From the NCBI GenBank assembly GCA_028534125.1, contig CM052829.1:23746001-23810000 (forward strand): a stretch of DNA of 64,000 nucleotides. Reading direction: 5' to 3'. The notes under the pieces were generated by a model that was not told where the DNA came from, searched no databases, and worked only from the letters and a program-made list of their open reading frames with translations. This document shows, one piece after another, positions 51,990 through 64,000 of the stretch (position 1 is its first letter; the number at the start of each line of letters is the position of its first letter). Origin of the DNA: Lama glama (Eukaryota). A program made the position numbers and the translations under genes.

Positions 51990-52160
51990 TATATGTATAG
52001 TCATATTTTTTTCATTACAACAATCCCAGTGGGTAGGTATATTTTTACTTTTTCATTTTACAGATAAGAACACTGAGTCTGGGAAGCTTAACAGCCCTTC
52101 CAACATCATTCAATCAGTTAGTGGCAGGATGTGGCTTAAAATCATTGCCCACAGTGTTAA
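51990..52160 (-). mobile_element. MIR, continuing the fragment at about 51470-51529
   Basis: TTACAACAATCCCAGTGGGTAGGTAT..CATTTTACAGATAAGAACACTGAG..GTTAGTGGCAG. Confidence 0.75.
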
Positions 52161-52216
52161 CAATACAAAATACTTTTTCAGATCAATGAAACTAACTTGA
52201 AAAAATTATTTTGTTT

Positions 52217-53803
52217 CCATTTGGAGAAAACAAAACCCACAAAGCTGGAGGTATTATGCTCCCTGATTTCAGACTATACTACTAAGCTACAGTAATCAAA
52301 ATAGCATGGTCCTGACATAGATAAATTGCATAGATAATAGAAAAGAACAGAAAGGCCAGAAATAAACCTGCACACTACAGTCAATTAATCCATGGCAAAA
52401 GAGGCAAGCATATACAATGGAGAAGAGGCAGTCTCTTCAGCAAGTGGTGTCAGAAAAGCTGGACAGCTTTATGTAAATCAATGAAATGAGGACACTCCCT
52501 CACATCATATACAAAAATACACTCAAAATCGATTGAAGACCTAAATTAAGACTTGAAACCATAAAACTCCTAGAAAAGAGCATGGGTGGAATACTGACAT
52601 AAATTATAGCCATATTTTTTTTGATTTGCCNNNNNNNNNNNNNNNNNNNNNNNNNNNNNNNNNNNNNNNNNNNNNNNNNNNNNNNNNNNNNNNNNNNNNN
52701 NNNNNNNNNNNNNNNNNNNNNNNNNNNNNNNNNNNNNNNNNNNNNNNNNNNNNNNNNNNNNNNNNNNNNNNNNNNNNNNNNNNNNNNNNNNNNNNNNNNN
52801 NNNNNNNNNNNNNNNNNATAGAAAAAAAAACAACAAACAATCTGATTTAAAAATGAGTAGATCTGAATAGACATTTTTCCCAAGAAGACACACAGATGGC
52901 CACTAGACACATGAAAAGACACTCAGTGTTGCTAATCATCAGAGAAATGCACACAATGAGATAACCACAATGAGATATTACCTCCCACCTGTCAAAATGG
53001 CTATTATCAAAAAGTCTACAAACAACACATTGGTGAGGATGGTNNNNNNNNNNNNNNNNNNNNNNNNNNNNNNNNNNNNNNNNNNNNNNNNNNNNNNNNN
53101 NNNNNNNNNNNNNNNNNNNNNNNNNNNNNNNNNNNNNNNNNNNNNNNNNNNNNNNNNNNNNNNNNNNNNNNNNNNNNNNNNNNNNNNNNNNNNNNNNNNN
53201 NNNAANNNNNNNNNNNNNNNNNNNNNNNNNNNNNNNNNNNNNNNNNNNNNNNNNNNNNNNNNNNNNNNNNNNNNNNNNNNNNNNNNNNNNNNNNNNNNNN
53301 NNNNNNNNNNNNNNNNNNNNNNNNNNNNNNNNNNNNNNNNNNNNNNNNNNNNNNNNNNNNNNNNNNNNNNNNNNNNNNNNNNNNNNNNNNNNNNNNNNNN
53401 NNNNNNNNNNNNNNNNNNNNNNNNNNNNNNNNNNNNNNNNNNNNNNGAGGGTTTTATACTTAGTGAAATAAGTCAGATAGAGGAGAAAATACCCACCTAT
53501 ATGTGAAATCTAAAAAAATAAAATAAACAAGTGTGTATAACAAAACAGAAACAGACTCACAGAGAACAAGACTAGTGGTTACCAGCAGAGAGGGAAAGGG
53601 GAAGGGGCAAGAAAAGGGCATGGGATTAAGAGATACAAAGTACCATGAGTAAAATAAATAAACAAAGAGGATATACTGGGCAGCACAGGGAAATATAGCC
53701 ATTATTTTGTAATAACTTTAAATGGAGTATAATATATAAGAATATTGAATCAGTATGTTGTACACCTGAAACTAATATTGTAAATCAACATATGTCAATC
53801 TTT
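52217..53803 (+). mobile_element. 5'-truncated LINE-1 (ORF2 C-terminal part plus 3'UTR), cetartiodactyl-type, partly N-masked
   Basis: Start encodes degenerate KAGGIMLPDFRLYY*ATVIKIAW. Later MRYYLPPVKMAIIKKSTNN and EGFILSEISQ are ORF2 C-terminal motifs. The 3'UTR ends TGTACACCTGAAACTAATATTGTAAATCAAC. Likely TSD AAAAATTATTTTGTTT (52201-52216) / AAAAATGATTTTCTTT (53804-53819), 14/16 identical. Confidence 0.9.
52631..53446. other. Two N-runs inside the young L1 (52631-52817 and 53044-53446, the latter with an isolated AA at 53204-53205)
   Basis: Directly visible. Confidence 0.99.
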
Positions 53804-53989
53804 AAAAATGATTTTCTTTAAAGACAAAATAATACACTGCAGTTCATTATTTGGATTTGATACCTTTTCAGAAAAATCGAAACGTTTCAAGAGTAAATTC
53901 TCAAAGTGGTAATCAAAAAGCAAATACAAAGAAGTCATTTGCGTTTCTCCCTCTTATTCCTCCACGAATGTACAGTTGAGGTTTGTGGT

Positions 53990-54219
53990 AGCTATATGAC
54001 TACTATAGTATCTCAGTGCTCTAATGGTAACAGGTAGTGGGTTTATTTTTGTTAATTTTGAATGACTTATTAAATAAATATTTTTTAAAACTTCTCAGGT
54101 TTAAATTTAATATAGTAAATATTTATTGATTGAATTCTTGTAAACAAAAGACCTTTGGGGTTCTAAATAGTTAATGAATTTAAAAGAGATTCCGAGACCA
54201 AGAAGTTTGAGAACTGCTG
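53990..54219. mobile_element. Charlie1-like hAT DNA transposon terminus
   Basis: TAAACAAAAGACCTTTGGGGTTCT..GAGACCAAGAAGTTTGAGAACTGCTG matches the recalled Charlie1 end and terminal inverted repeat. Confidence 0.75.
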
Positions 54220-55109
54220 TTTTAAGGACATTACAAAAAATTAAGATACTTTTGTGAAATGAGTACTGTTATTTACAGTTTAGCAGATGCATTTGTACAG
54301 GTTTTATAGGATTCTTTAATTCTTCTCACATTCAAATCTGGGTAAGAGAGGGGAAAAAATAAACCTAAAATCAATCTTCACAAATAATCTTCAATACTAT
54401 TTTCAATTTTTAATGTTTTTAATTGGCCACAGTCAGAATAATTTTAGGCCCTGGGTCTATAGTCCAGTCATAATTTTTACCAACTTTATCCAATTTCAAT
54501 TGAGTAAATATTATCTTTTTATGGTGGGGAATATAGACTGAAAAAAACACATCTACGTCATTCTCAGATGTTACATAGTGGACACTTGCTCTGAAAATGT
54601 ATGCTGTGGAGACAAGATCTGCGTGCTGGCACTTGGGTGCACGGTGACTCTGCACTTTCTGGTCCAGCTTCCTGTGGGCTGCCTGAGGGTGGTCCACATC
54701 CTCTGGGCATTCTCCCAAGGGTGGAGCATTAGCCATAACAACTGAACATCACTTTGTGGAGCATTTCAGAGGAGTATAAGCAAAGCTGAGGCAGAATGAA
54801 GTGAGCTGGGCTGTTCTCAGACCAGTAGCCTTCCCTGGAGATGCAGCTCAGCTGGGCTCCATGGGCAGAAAGGAGAGGGAGTTCCCATAGCTCATCTCCC
54901 TTCTCTGTATTTGGTAAGCATCTGCTCTCCTAGTCCACCAGGGAAAGGGCAGCATCGAGTCACTGCCTCAGTGTTATCAGATGAGTCCATGAGATAGAAC
55001 AAAGGAATCCTGGGCTGACTTCTCTCTCTCTCACTGCTGTTGTAGAGCATCTTACTCTGTCAAAATCAACACCACCATTGTTCCTCGTGTTTGTATAGAA
55101 CATCATCAC

Positions 55110-55300
55110 GTACAAAGCACTTTCACATTCATTATCTCTCAAGAACACTGCGGAGGAAACCAGGCAGATATCGTTACCCTATTCATATATCAGAAAATAG
55201 AGAATTCAGAAGGTTATGCAATTTACTCAAGGTCACAGGTAGCAAGAGCCTTTCCAGGCCTGGAAGACAGCTCATCTGATTTCAGTCCCACATCAGGTCC
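55110..55300 (-). mobile_element. MIR SINE
   Basis: CAAAGCACTTTCACATTCATTATCTC..TCAGAAGGTTATGCAATTTACTCAAGGTCACA. Confidence 0.75.
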
Positions 55301-57170
55301 ACTGGTTATGCAGATGGCAACCGTAGCAGGTTTCCTCATTATACCTGAAATTACCTAACTGCACGTATGTTTTTGTACAAGTGTATTTGGAAGGAAGGTA
55401 GACAGACAAAAAAGAAAAAAGCAGAGACTGAAAAGGAAAAGAAAAAATAATCACAGGGAAACGCACATCTTATAAAATTTGTGACTATCCTCATTCCTTA
55501 ACTAACAATGCAAAGAAAGTCAGAGGTCATCATTGTCAACTTCCAGAGATTAAAAAAATAATTTGTACATGCACCAAAGTCATCATTTGCAATAGTAATG
55601 AAACACCTGTTGAACCAAGTTTTTCTTTATGGGTGTCAGTGGCCAAAATAAATCTGAGTGCTTCAGAGAGTCCAAGATTAAGATAGGAACCCTTTGGCCT
55701 TCACCAGGATGCTCTCTTGAGTTTTACTAGCATGGAGAGGCGGCAGCTTTGGTTCCACAGCGTATGCTGAATGCAGAATGGCCTTCTGCAGGATGTGCTG
55801 GAGTTTCTTTAGCCATTAATTACTTTTACAGCTGCTGCTCTAAAAACAGAAAGGATAAAAATTGCAGTCTGTTCCACTGAAAGTGCAAAGAGGACGAGCA
55901 AAAAGAGACCCATGGACTCTGCCTTGCAAATGAATCAAATAAACTTTTCCTTGAATGTGTTCCTGCTTATTTAAAACTCACTTGTAAGAGAATGTTAACA
56001 AATAACAAAACAGGAATATTAAAAAAAAAAGTTCAAAATCATTCATGAGGTAGGACATGAGATACTGATGGCTTCATAAAAGCAAGCAGACACTGCATCC
56101 AGAATGCTGTTTTGGCCTAGGTCTATGACAGACCTCTGTCTTGGTAGAATGAAAGTTCATGATAAATAAAATTAAAAGTCACTTTATAGAAAAACAAAAA
56201 TACATTCCACCTTCACTTTGTTTTGCAGGTTGAGATTTTGTAGGCTGAGACACACAAAGTCTTGAATGTCCACCATGAACACACTGCGACAATACAGCTG
56301 TGCACAGTCATCTTTGTTAGTTATTTCTACCTCAATTCCCATTCTCTATTTCTTGTCTCTTCTTTTCCACTCAGCCCAGCTTTTCACAGCTGCAGTTTCA
56401 AGGCAAATCTCTCATTTTTCCCTCTAAGGGACATTTATTTGCATAACCATTGCAACTTCCGGTTACTCCACTGAATAAATGCCACTTAGGATCCTATAAG
56501 CCTGTTGTTGCTGCTATTCCAAAGTAGTAGCAACTTTGAATGCCAGATTTTAAAAATGTGTTTGAAACTAGGGAAGGCATTTTAGAAGAAATTAAATGTG
56601 AATTCCTACTCTTCTGCCAATTTCCTTGTGTGAGTTTTTCAAATGAAGGAATGATTAATGATAATGTGAAAATCATCAACCAAAGCAATCTCCATATTTT
56701 AGAGATGGTGTCTTATTACTGGCCTCTAAACACTCTGATTTCTGATTTACATGGCCTTTTTCTAACCTCCTCTTTAACTGGGTATATAATAATTGTTTTA
56801 TATAGTCAGATCTCTTCATGCGGTATGTCATCATACACTGACATTCTGTTCGTGAGTTTACACCTTGAAATTACTTTATGTTTATATCTGGACTAAAATA
56901 AAATAATTGGATGGGGTTCAAGGTTTTCTAAATCATATCAAATTCTCTTTCATAGAAAATATGTTAGATCCATGCTCTAGTGCATTAATGTGTGATAATA
57001 GTCTTCCTCACACACAAGTCTGAAATAAAACCACAGCAACATTCTGATACGACAGGCAAACTATAGCAATAAATAAGTCATTATATAAAAAAAGGATGTC
57101 AGATTTTTCCTTTTGGTTAGAGGATTTTTCCCAAATGAATTCAGAATCAATTATCATATCCCATTTTCAA

Positions 57171-57422
57171 TTGTGGCTAAGAGTATGGACTCTGGCAGAG
57201 ACAGGCAGGGGACACAATCCTGGCTTGTCACTTTTGGCTCCTTTGACCTTGAGGAAGTTCCTACACTCCTCTAAGCCTCAGCATTCTCTCCCATAAAATA
57301 AAATGATAGTAGCACCTATCTCATACTGTTGTGAGCATTAAATAGATAATATAAATAAGACGCTCAGCACAGAGGTAGATATGTAATAAGAGTTCAGTAA
57401 AAGAGAGCTATCATTCTTATTT
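57171..57422 (+). mobile_element. Near full-length MIR SINE
   Basis: GTGGCTAAGAGTATGGACTCTGG..AATCCTGGCT..TGACCTTGAG..CTCTAAGCCTCAG..TAAAATAAAATGATAGTAGCACCTATCTCATA..GTTGTGAGCATTAAATAGAT..AGCTATCATT. Confidence 0.85.
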
Positions 57423-59119
57423 TTACCTCCAGAATTCCTATTTGTGCTTCCCTTTACAGAGAGGTGGCAGAGAGCACAAGAATGTTAATTCTGCCCAATA
57501 ATAAGCCTATATATGAACATGTACTGGGGAAATGGGGAATAAATAAAACAATATCATCAGGATAATTTAGTTTAAAACAGTTAATGAGGATTTACATAGC
57601 AATGTTTCTGCTGAAGATAACACAACAGAAAGTTTAAATTAACAAATACAAAATTTAGGTTTGGGGTGAGAGTGGAGGGTGGGGGTGGGGACCAGCTCAG
57701 GGAGGGGCTTCCATTTGAAAAGGGAATTAAAGAAATAATATTGCTTAAAAATAAATACAATAAAATTTAAGTTCAGATTACATAATTCTTACAATTTCTT
57801 AGTTACTTATGCATTTTTTGGGGTTGTTTCTTTATTTGTTGGTTTGTTTTTTAACTAGTTCTCTTTTTTATCTAGTCTTAAAATCAAAGTCATTTTTACT
57901 TTTCACCTCAATCAGCTGATGTTTCCCAGCTCACATCCATCAGTTCCTTTTAATTCCCATATTACTTCCCAGGCTCAGTTCCCATCCTGTCACCCCTAGA
58001 TTAATGTAATACCCTCCTTGACATTTTCTCAGGCTTTTAATATCTTCCTTCTTCTAGGAAACCATGCATTCTGCTATCAGATTAATGTTCCCCAAACACC
58101 AATTTGTTCATCTCTCTGACTTCAGATTACTTACATGGTAAGATTCGAATTCCTTGGTTTAGCTTTCAAGACTCTATCTACATAATGTTAATTTATCTTT
58201 CTAGCTCCACTGACCCATCCCTCCATCACCTCTAATCCATCCTAGTCAGAAAGAAGTGGTACAGGAGGAATATGAGAATGTAGCCTCCAGAGCAAGCTGC
58301 CCATGAGTGAGCTCCAGCTCCACCACCACAGTTTAAAACTACAAGTTCAGATATTCCAAATTGTGGAACAAGCACAGCATGTACCTGCTGAAGGTGCAAA
58401 TGTGAGCTTTACCTTTGGTAAGGGTCCTGCTTAAATCTACAGAATGCGCAACTAACCTAATTTCCATGTTTAAAGTAATCATCTTACATGGGGATTGCAA
58501 AAGTTCCAATTCTAGAGAGACAGAGGATGGCTGGCAGCCAAACGAGGGATTTAGGGCATCATCAACGAGAATCCTTCAAGACTACCTTTTCCAGACTCAG
58601 GAGATCTGCAAAGTCAATGCAGAAGGGTTGCAGGGATAGAGAAAGCTAGAAATGGTAGGGCTGGGAAAACAAGCTTGCTAGAGTGTGAGGAGTCTGCTTC
58701 TCCCTTATGTACTCTAGCCTCCCCACCCCCATACAGAAATGGAAATCAGAGTATCACAGGCGTCTGAGCCATCCACTCAGGTGCCTGAAGAAGGCAGTGA
58801 CTTGCTGACCTGTGGTGAGATTCAAAGTTGGTTGGATTTTGGTGTCACAGGTTAAAGAGAGCCATCCCTTTTGGATCTGGGCCTCTGTCAGGAGGTCAGG
58901 GGACACTGAGGGCAACAGCTAGAACCTGCAGGACAATAGCTGTTCACAACCCCCTTGAAGTTCAAGACAACCAGCAGGCCCCAGCTTTCCTCAGCCTCAC
59001 TTCGATTTGCTCATGGGTGGGCTTTGAGAGTGGTGTTTAAACCATAACCTACTGAGAATCCTCTAGATTTCCTGGATGAAATCTATGATTACATTTTTAC
59101 CTCAAACATTCTTTGGAAT

Positions 59120-59290
59120 AATAACATTTTAGAGCTCCTGCTATATTCTAGAATCTAATCATCTAATCTTCACAATCACTAGCAGCCCTACTTCATCAAT
59201 GAAGAGACTGAGGCTCATTTAGCTTAAGTGGCAGAAGCAAGACCCTAACCTACACCTCTCTGACTCCAGAGCTGGAAGTCTTGCAGCCTT
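59120..59290 (-). mobile_element. MIR fragment
   Basis: ATAATAACATTTT..CATCTAATCTTCACAA..ATGAAGAGACTGAGGCTCA..TAAGTGGCAGA..TCTGACTCCAGAGC. Confidence 0.7.
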
Positions 59291-62009
59291 CTTTATGGAG
59301 ATCTCTTGATCTCTTACCTTTCTCATTGTTTCCCATAGCTTTGACCTGCCTCTCATCCCCAGCAAAGCTCTGAACGTGGGTTCTGGCCCGGAGCTGAAGC
59401 ATGCTTCACAAAATTTCTTATTGCTCTTTCTCCACCCTCTTTAACATAAGTTGGGCTGAGAGGATGTGAAATGTAAACATTACAGTTCCTGTGCTATTCC
59501 TCATAAAGATTTAAAAGAAAATATAGAAAGAAAGCAAAGCAAAGCTAATAACTCATGGTTGTGTCTGTTAGTTATAACACAATAAAGGGTCAGAGTCAGT
59601 CCCAGAATATAGTGAAAGTTACATTTAGAAGATAAATGCAGGATATTTAGAAAGCACCTCGTAAAAAATTTATGCTGTACTATTGCGGTCTTCAAGCCAA
59701 GCAGTCAATGTGTCAACAAATGTTTATAGGGAAACTATTATGTGACAAGCATGCTGTAGGAGGCTGCAATACATCTGCCTTGCTTTATGAGTTTCATCTT
59801 TCCTATTGAGTTTCTTATAAACTTTTCAACATTCCCATATTCAGGCTAACTATTCTAAAATTTTAAATTATGTTAAATGACATGCTAATACACCAGTGAA
59901 TTTTTTTTAAGATTGTGCTTTATTCGATCTACTCATTTTTATGACTTTTTTTTGCAGGAAAGATGAGACACTTTTTCATACGTAATGATAGTCTTATAAC
60001 TTATAATTTGGTTAATAATTATAGTTTAGAACTTGATTTTTTATTTCAAGAGCTGATATTTGAATGCCGGATCAAATCACTAATGACTTTTCTGCAGCTC
60101 TCTTCTCCAGATCTAACAGACTGAAGCTCTATTTAAGAAACAAACCCAAAGTGCCAACACTAGCTTTGCCACTAAAGTTTTAGCAGACTAGCAATCTAGG
60201 TCATGGAAACGCCTCATAATGGGTATCCTTGGAAAAAAAAAAGTAATATCATCTACCTATTAAAGTATTTCATTAGCAGGCAAATGTCTTCATTTTTTAA
60301 AACTTGACTTTAACCACTTTATCCTCATGATTTATGCCCTTTTGATGCTTAAATCATCCACTTAGCTAATTTGGCTCTGTGCCAACTTGTACTGTGAAAT
60401 CCCACTGAGCGGGGCCCTGAGTGATGTCCTACTCTTAGGGTGGGGTTCTTTGTGGCTTCCCTTTTATCTTTTCTTGTGCTCCCTTTCCTAGGAGACTTGT
60501 CTTGACTTTGTGTGAAGCACACGGTTACAGAACAGAACTACCCATAGAAAGCTCACACAGACAAATGGGCTGAGGGGTCTTTCTCTGTAAAATTTAAGGA
60601 CAACTGGCCTCTCATTTGAAAAACATCAGCACTCTTACACTAAAAACAGGGCAGCAATCCAACTGTACCCGGTTGCTGTATTTTTGGTATCCATTCTAAG
60701 AAGTTTTCATTTTCATGAGAATGAGGTGCTTATTCCACCACAGAAATTTTGACTTTGGAAAGCATCTCTTTGTAGTTCTAATTTCTCCAAGGGTAGTATT
60801 TTTCAGGCTTGTTTTTGTCTTTCACGTTTGGACAACCGAGTTCTCACTTTTTGAGGCTTCTTGCTTCCTTGGTACTCTAGCCTATGGTAGCTATGCTAGC
60901 ACTCTACAGCGAAAGCTGAAGCTGAAATTATTAGGAAGGTAATTCACACCCACATCTATTCTCCTCATTTAACAAGTTTTCTTTTACCTATCCATAAAAT
61001 TGCTTCAAATCACTACTTCATTTTGGAAATGCTATTTTTTTATACAGTGCTACTTCTTTTTGCTCCTCCTCCAGAATTGTGAGTGATGTAGGTCTATAAC
61101 AATATGCCTTATTGGTAGCACATTATTATACTTCCATTAATAACAATCCCTAGTGTGTTGGACATTGCACTAAAGATACCAAAATATCTTTTAATGAATA
61201 GTTTTTAACTTTCAGATAAGGTGTAGCAAGACAGCTCATTATCATATATAGATTTGTAGAAATTGCTAATAAACTGAAAGTAAAGAAAAATGTTCATGAG
61301 TTCTAGGCAGTTTATAAAATACAATCTTGCTTTCTGACATTTTTAATTAAATTATTTATAATTAAGCAATATTAACTATATAGTTCCACAGTTAAGGAAA
61401 ATACAGTTACATGATTAGGTAAATAAAATTAAGCAAATTAAGTAACTATTGCACTCGCAGTATGACTTGTGTCTAAAAGACATCCAACAAAACTTGCAAG
61501 AGTAATGCTTTGTTTGATAAGAAAACATAAATTAATCAACTGTTATAAAACTCAGAACTATAGTAAGTTTTAGCATCTCATATAGTAAAGAATGAATTTT
61601 CTCCACTGTTTTCCCCCTAAAGAATGAATAAACATAATTTTCATAAGGTCACAAACTACTATCAGATTTTAATTAACATTTAATAATTATGTATTTTATC
61701 TCTGGCCATTTTTGGATGAGAAATTAGGACCAATTTTGTACGTAATTAGTAGAGAAACAAACCTAAAAAATGGTAGATGAAGTTTCAAATCAAATTGTAA
61801 ATATTTATAATCCAGCCAATAAAACGAGTACATTTCCATATTGGGCAAAAGTATCAAATCAATATAGTACTTGTTCAACATCAGCAGATGGACGGGAGCC
61901 AATGTGACCAAAAAAGGACAAAGCTGTCACAATGTAACTATACCTGGAAATAGTATACCTCTGAAATTCAAACTAACTCCTGGTACTAAAAGAGACCTTG
62001 ATAAAGTGC

Positions 62010-62235
62010 TATTTCCACCTTCAATCAAATTAATTTGTATTATAACACACTCTCAGGCATACCTTTGCTTTTTCTTCATGACATTTGTCATATTTGCAAT
62101 TAAGTAATCATTTGCATAATTCCTTGTGGGACAAGAGGCTCTAAGCTCCACTGGGGTGGGCTACCTCTGTCTTGTTCACAGCTGTATGGCCAGTACAGTA
62201 AGCATTCAGTAACTGTCAGATTAATGAACAAACAG
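62010..62235 (+). mobile_element. L2 3' terminal fragment
   Basis: CTCTAAGCTCCACTGGGG..TGTCTTGTTCACAGCTGTAT..CAGTAAGCATTCAGTAA..AATGAA. Confidence 0.7.
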
Positions 62236-63734
62236 AAGGGGTAAGATATGAGTACCTATAGCTTAGCAGATCTATAAATGACTGCAGTACCACTAGATAA
62301 AGCTGTCAAAGTGACAGAACACATCGGAAAGAAGACCGTACTTCAGGGTCATTTGCACGTCAGAAAGTGAAAAAAACCTGAGGCGCTTTGGAAAATGATT
62401 CAAGCTGTTTTCTAATGGAAATATCCCACCTAACAAATTTAACTTATTTTTTCTTAAAAAGCAAATACCTAGTTCACACTAAGTTTGGTTAGGAATATTA
62501 TGTAAGAATATTCTCCACGTTTCTGTACGGAGTATCTTCAGGATTTACAAATATTTCAAATTAATTTAAATGTATCAGGAATTTCTGAAAACTCAAAACT
62601 GTAGCCACGAAAAATCATGGCACACTGAAAGGCTTAAGGAAGAACAAAAATTCATGATTTAAATATTTTTACTCACTAGATTATTAATGAACTTGATTCT
62701 TTGTGAAAGACGTGTTGAGAGAATTCTTCTAAAAGCAGTTAAATAGAAACAAGTTCCAAAGGTTTAATTATTTTTCAGTATGGATACTAGAGTTATATGT
62801 TTAAAGGAAAAATTCAATGCAACTATTCAAAGGCACCTCGTAATAATAGAGATTGAAAGGACCTTATGTACTTGGTGATGCATATGTGTGTTTCCCTTCT
62901 CATCCTGTTTGTCATTTTTTTTTCAAATTCGCTTTTTTGTTTTTGTTTTGTTCCTTTGAAAATGTGTTGTTTTATTTATTTCTCTCTCTATCTTTTATTG
63001 AAGCATTGTTTCTTTGTTAATTGTCCAAGGAGTTTCATTCATGGATTGAATAAGAATAGTAAAGTCATTCAGCAGATGTTATGGGTGCCTGTGGGCAGTA
63101 TTAGTGATTATGAGGTTTGACAGCATGAACAGCCCCTCAAAAACTAGTGGTTATTGAAACTGTAGCCTAGGGAAGCAGCACCTGAAGATGGGCTCTGAGT
63201 CTGCTTCTGGAAGTCAAATATATAACCAGGGCAAGAGGAATCTTACAATGCATAAAGCTGCCTAACTATTGAGAATTCATGCTGGATACCACCGCCCAAC
63301 CCCTTCTCCAGGTTTGCTTAGCTTTTTGCAAACAGTGGACTTTTTTGCTATGTTAGAATTTCAGCCTGGTAGCAGACAGTTTAACCTGGTAAACAGGTGA
63401 ACTTTAACTATAATTATGCAGACACATCCTCTGACTCATTTTGACTTTTCTGTTCTTAGTAGCTTCCCTTATTCTGGAATACTTGGTCAATCACAAGAAC
63501 TCAGTGATAGCTAGAAGAGGTCCTGACACTAACATTCAAGGGCATGAGAATGATAACTGTTTAGTGGGACCTGGTTAAGAAATTTTGACTTAGAAAGGCA
63601 GGAAACAGCTGCTCAAAATAGTTCACAATAAAAAAAGACAAACAAAAAACTGTGCATGAAAGCATAATAAAAATAATTTAGTTTCAAATTAAGCAAATAT
63701 TTGAGCGCCTATTATAGGATGCACCTCACAGACG

Positions 63735-64000
63735 TACAGTTACATAAAGTAAAGTGACGATTAAATGAAATGCCTATTTAGTGAGATACGTTTTCACAGC
63801 TGTATATCCTCATGAAATGCAAGTTCCTATTGAGTCTATCATCCTATCTATAATCCCAGAATTTTCTCTCAGGCCTTTGCCAATCAACCTCTATCCTCTT
63901 CATCCACACGCACCACTATTCTGATATCTTCAATCATAGATCAGCAGAATCATACAGGATGAACTCTTCTGCTTCTGGCTTCTTTCACTCAGCTTACTTT
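63735..64000 (-). mobile_element. Old L1 3'UTR fragment running off the window end
   Basis: CCCAGAATTTTCTCTCAGGCCTTTGCCAATCAA..ACCACTATTCTGAT..AATCATACAG..TCTGGCTTCTTTCACTCAGC. Confidence 0.7.

Noticed and set aside
51419-53702. ORFs at 51.4-53.7 kb as genes
   Set aside because: They are N-inflated and lie in the MLT2 LTR, MIR or L1; the L1 ORF2 remnant has stops and is 5'-truncated.
1-64000. CRISPR array, prokaryotic operon, endogenous viral coding region, processed pseudogene or rRNA/snRNA gene
   Set aside because: No repeat-spacer periodicity, no gene-dense ORFs, only solo LTRs without internal gag/pol, and no retrocopy or structural RNA that I could recognise.

Overview
AT-rich mammalian genomic DNA, intronic or intergenic in character. 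It is probably camelid: it has a tRNA-Ala-derived vic-1-like SINE and a cetartiodactyl-type L1 3' end, and I recognised no Alu, B1, BovB or PRE-1 elements. I recognise no protein-coding gene; nearly all listed ORFs lie in repeats, span N-runs or are chance-sized. Much of the window is ancient interspersed repeat (L2, MIR, L1M/L1ME, MLT1/MLT2 solo LTRs, hAT-Charlie fragments), plus a younger L1 and a SINE with clear target-site duplications (TSDs). Six N-runs hide sequence, two of them flanking a GC/CpG-rich remnant at 19132-19264 that may be a promoter. Several splice-signal-bounded exon candidates occur on both strands; the best is 11803-12058 on the minus strand. Repeat family names and most boundaries come from recalled consensus sequences and are approximate. 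I found no convincing novel biological system; the findings below are modest, testable leads.
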